A stretch of DNA of 36,971 nucleotides from Elusimicrobiota bacterium (GTDB taxonomy: Bacteria > Elusimicrobiota > Elusimicrobia > UBA1565 > JACRDR01): assembly GCA_041694815.1 (NCBI GenBank), contig JBGFSC010000022.1:1-36971 (forward strand). The letters are read 5' to 3'. The notes under the pieces were generated by a model that saw only the letters and a list, made by a program, of their open reading frames with translations, was not told where the DNA came from and ran no database searches. The first letter of the stretch is position 1, and every line of letters starts with the position of its first letter. Made by a program: the position numbers and the translations under genes. Shown in pieces: positions 36,608-36,971 of the stretch.

Positions 36608-36883
36608 ATGGGAATATTCAAGCGCGAGGACTCGCCGTACTGGTGGTACCGTATTCAAATCGGAGGCCGGATGCTCACCGGCAGCACGAATACCCCGGAC
36701 AAGCGTCTGGCGTTGCGCATCTACACGGAAAAGCATCATCAGCTCACCGAGGAGCATCATCTTCCCGGTCAACGGGGAAAGCACACGACCTTCTTCTGGG
36801 CGTGCAGCCAGTACTTGGAAAAGCACGCCAAGGTCAATAAGCGGTCCTGGAACACTCCTGTCCGGTTAAAGTTGGAGGCATAG
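36608..36883 (+). pseudogene. N-terminal fragment of a phage-type tyrosine integrase
   Basis: MGIFKREDSPYWWYRIQIGGR...ST.TPDKRLA...TTF...SQYLEKHAKVNKRSW directly after the xis-like gene, with GGAGG ribosome-binding site; stops at 91 aa with no catalytic domain. Confidence 0.6.
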
Positions 36884-36971
36884 CTGGAGGTCTTGACGCC
36901 TGAGGCGGTCGAGCCTTTTGGGGTTGAGGTGGAGCAGATCGAAAAGCGAGGCTCGCTCAAGCAAGGTTTCT

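Noticed and set aside
36841..36854. GCGGTCCTGGAACA resembling TR sequence GCGGCTCCTGGAACA at the integrase break
   Set aside because: Only 10 contiguous matching bases and no flanking similarity; consistent with chance.

Overview
GC-rich bacterial chromosome window with a core-like block (about 16.7-28.4 kb) flanked by accessory DNA. The core-like block carries tRNA-Tyr, a fatty-acid desaturase, a PD-(D/E)XK nuclease, two A-type Fe-S carriers, CADD, a lytic transglycosylase, an M16 peptidase pair, kup and an LMF gene. The main finding is a minus-strand diversity-generating retroelement (DGR) at about 30.3-33.5 kb, ordered: secreted FGE/C-type-lectin-fold target, HRDC, avd, RT, template repeat (TR). 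The TR (30444-30568) and the variable repeat (VR, 32559-32683) align over 125 bp with 19 mismatches, all at TR adenines. The TR is nested in the RT 3' coding end, and avd is one base out of frame next to a G10 tract. The left side holds a BrnT/BrnA toxin-antitoxin pair, a Ni/Co transporter plus an RND-TolC operon with no adaptor gene, two decayed abiEii copies, a Bd0055-like bacterial histone, and a 2.8-kb AbiE islet bounded by a duplicated 5' half of tRNA-Tyr. The right end begins an integrative element: MerR-like regulator, 21-bp perfect inverted repeat, Replic_Relax-like protein, excisionase and a truncated integrase. A degenerate T(A/G)GGNC motif repeated every 22-24 bp precedes four genes for predicted exported proteins, including the DGR target. 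All family calls come from motif recognition by eye; no database searches were run.
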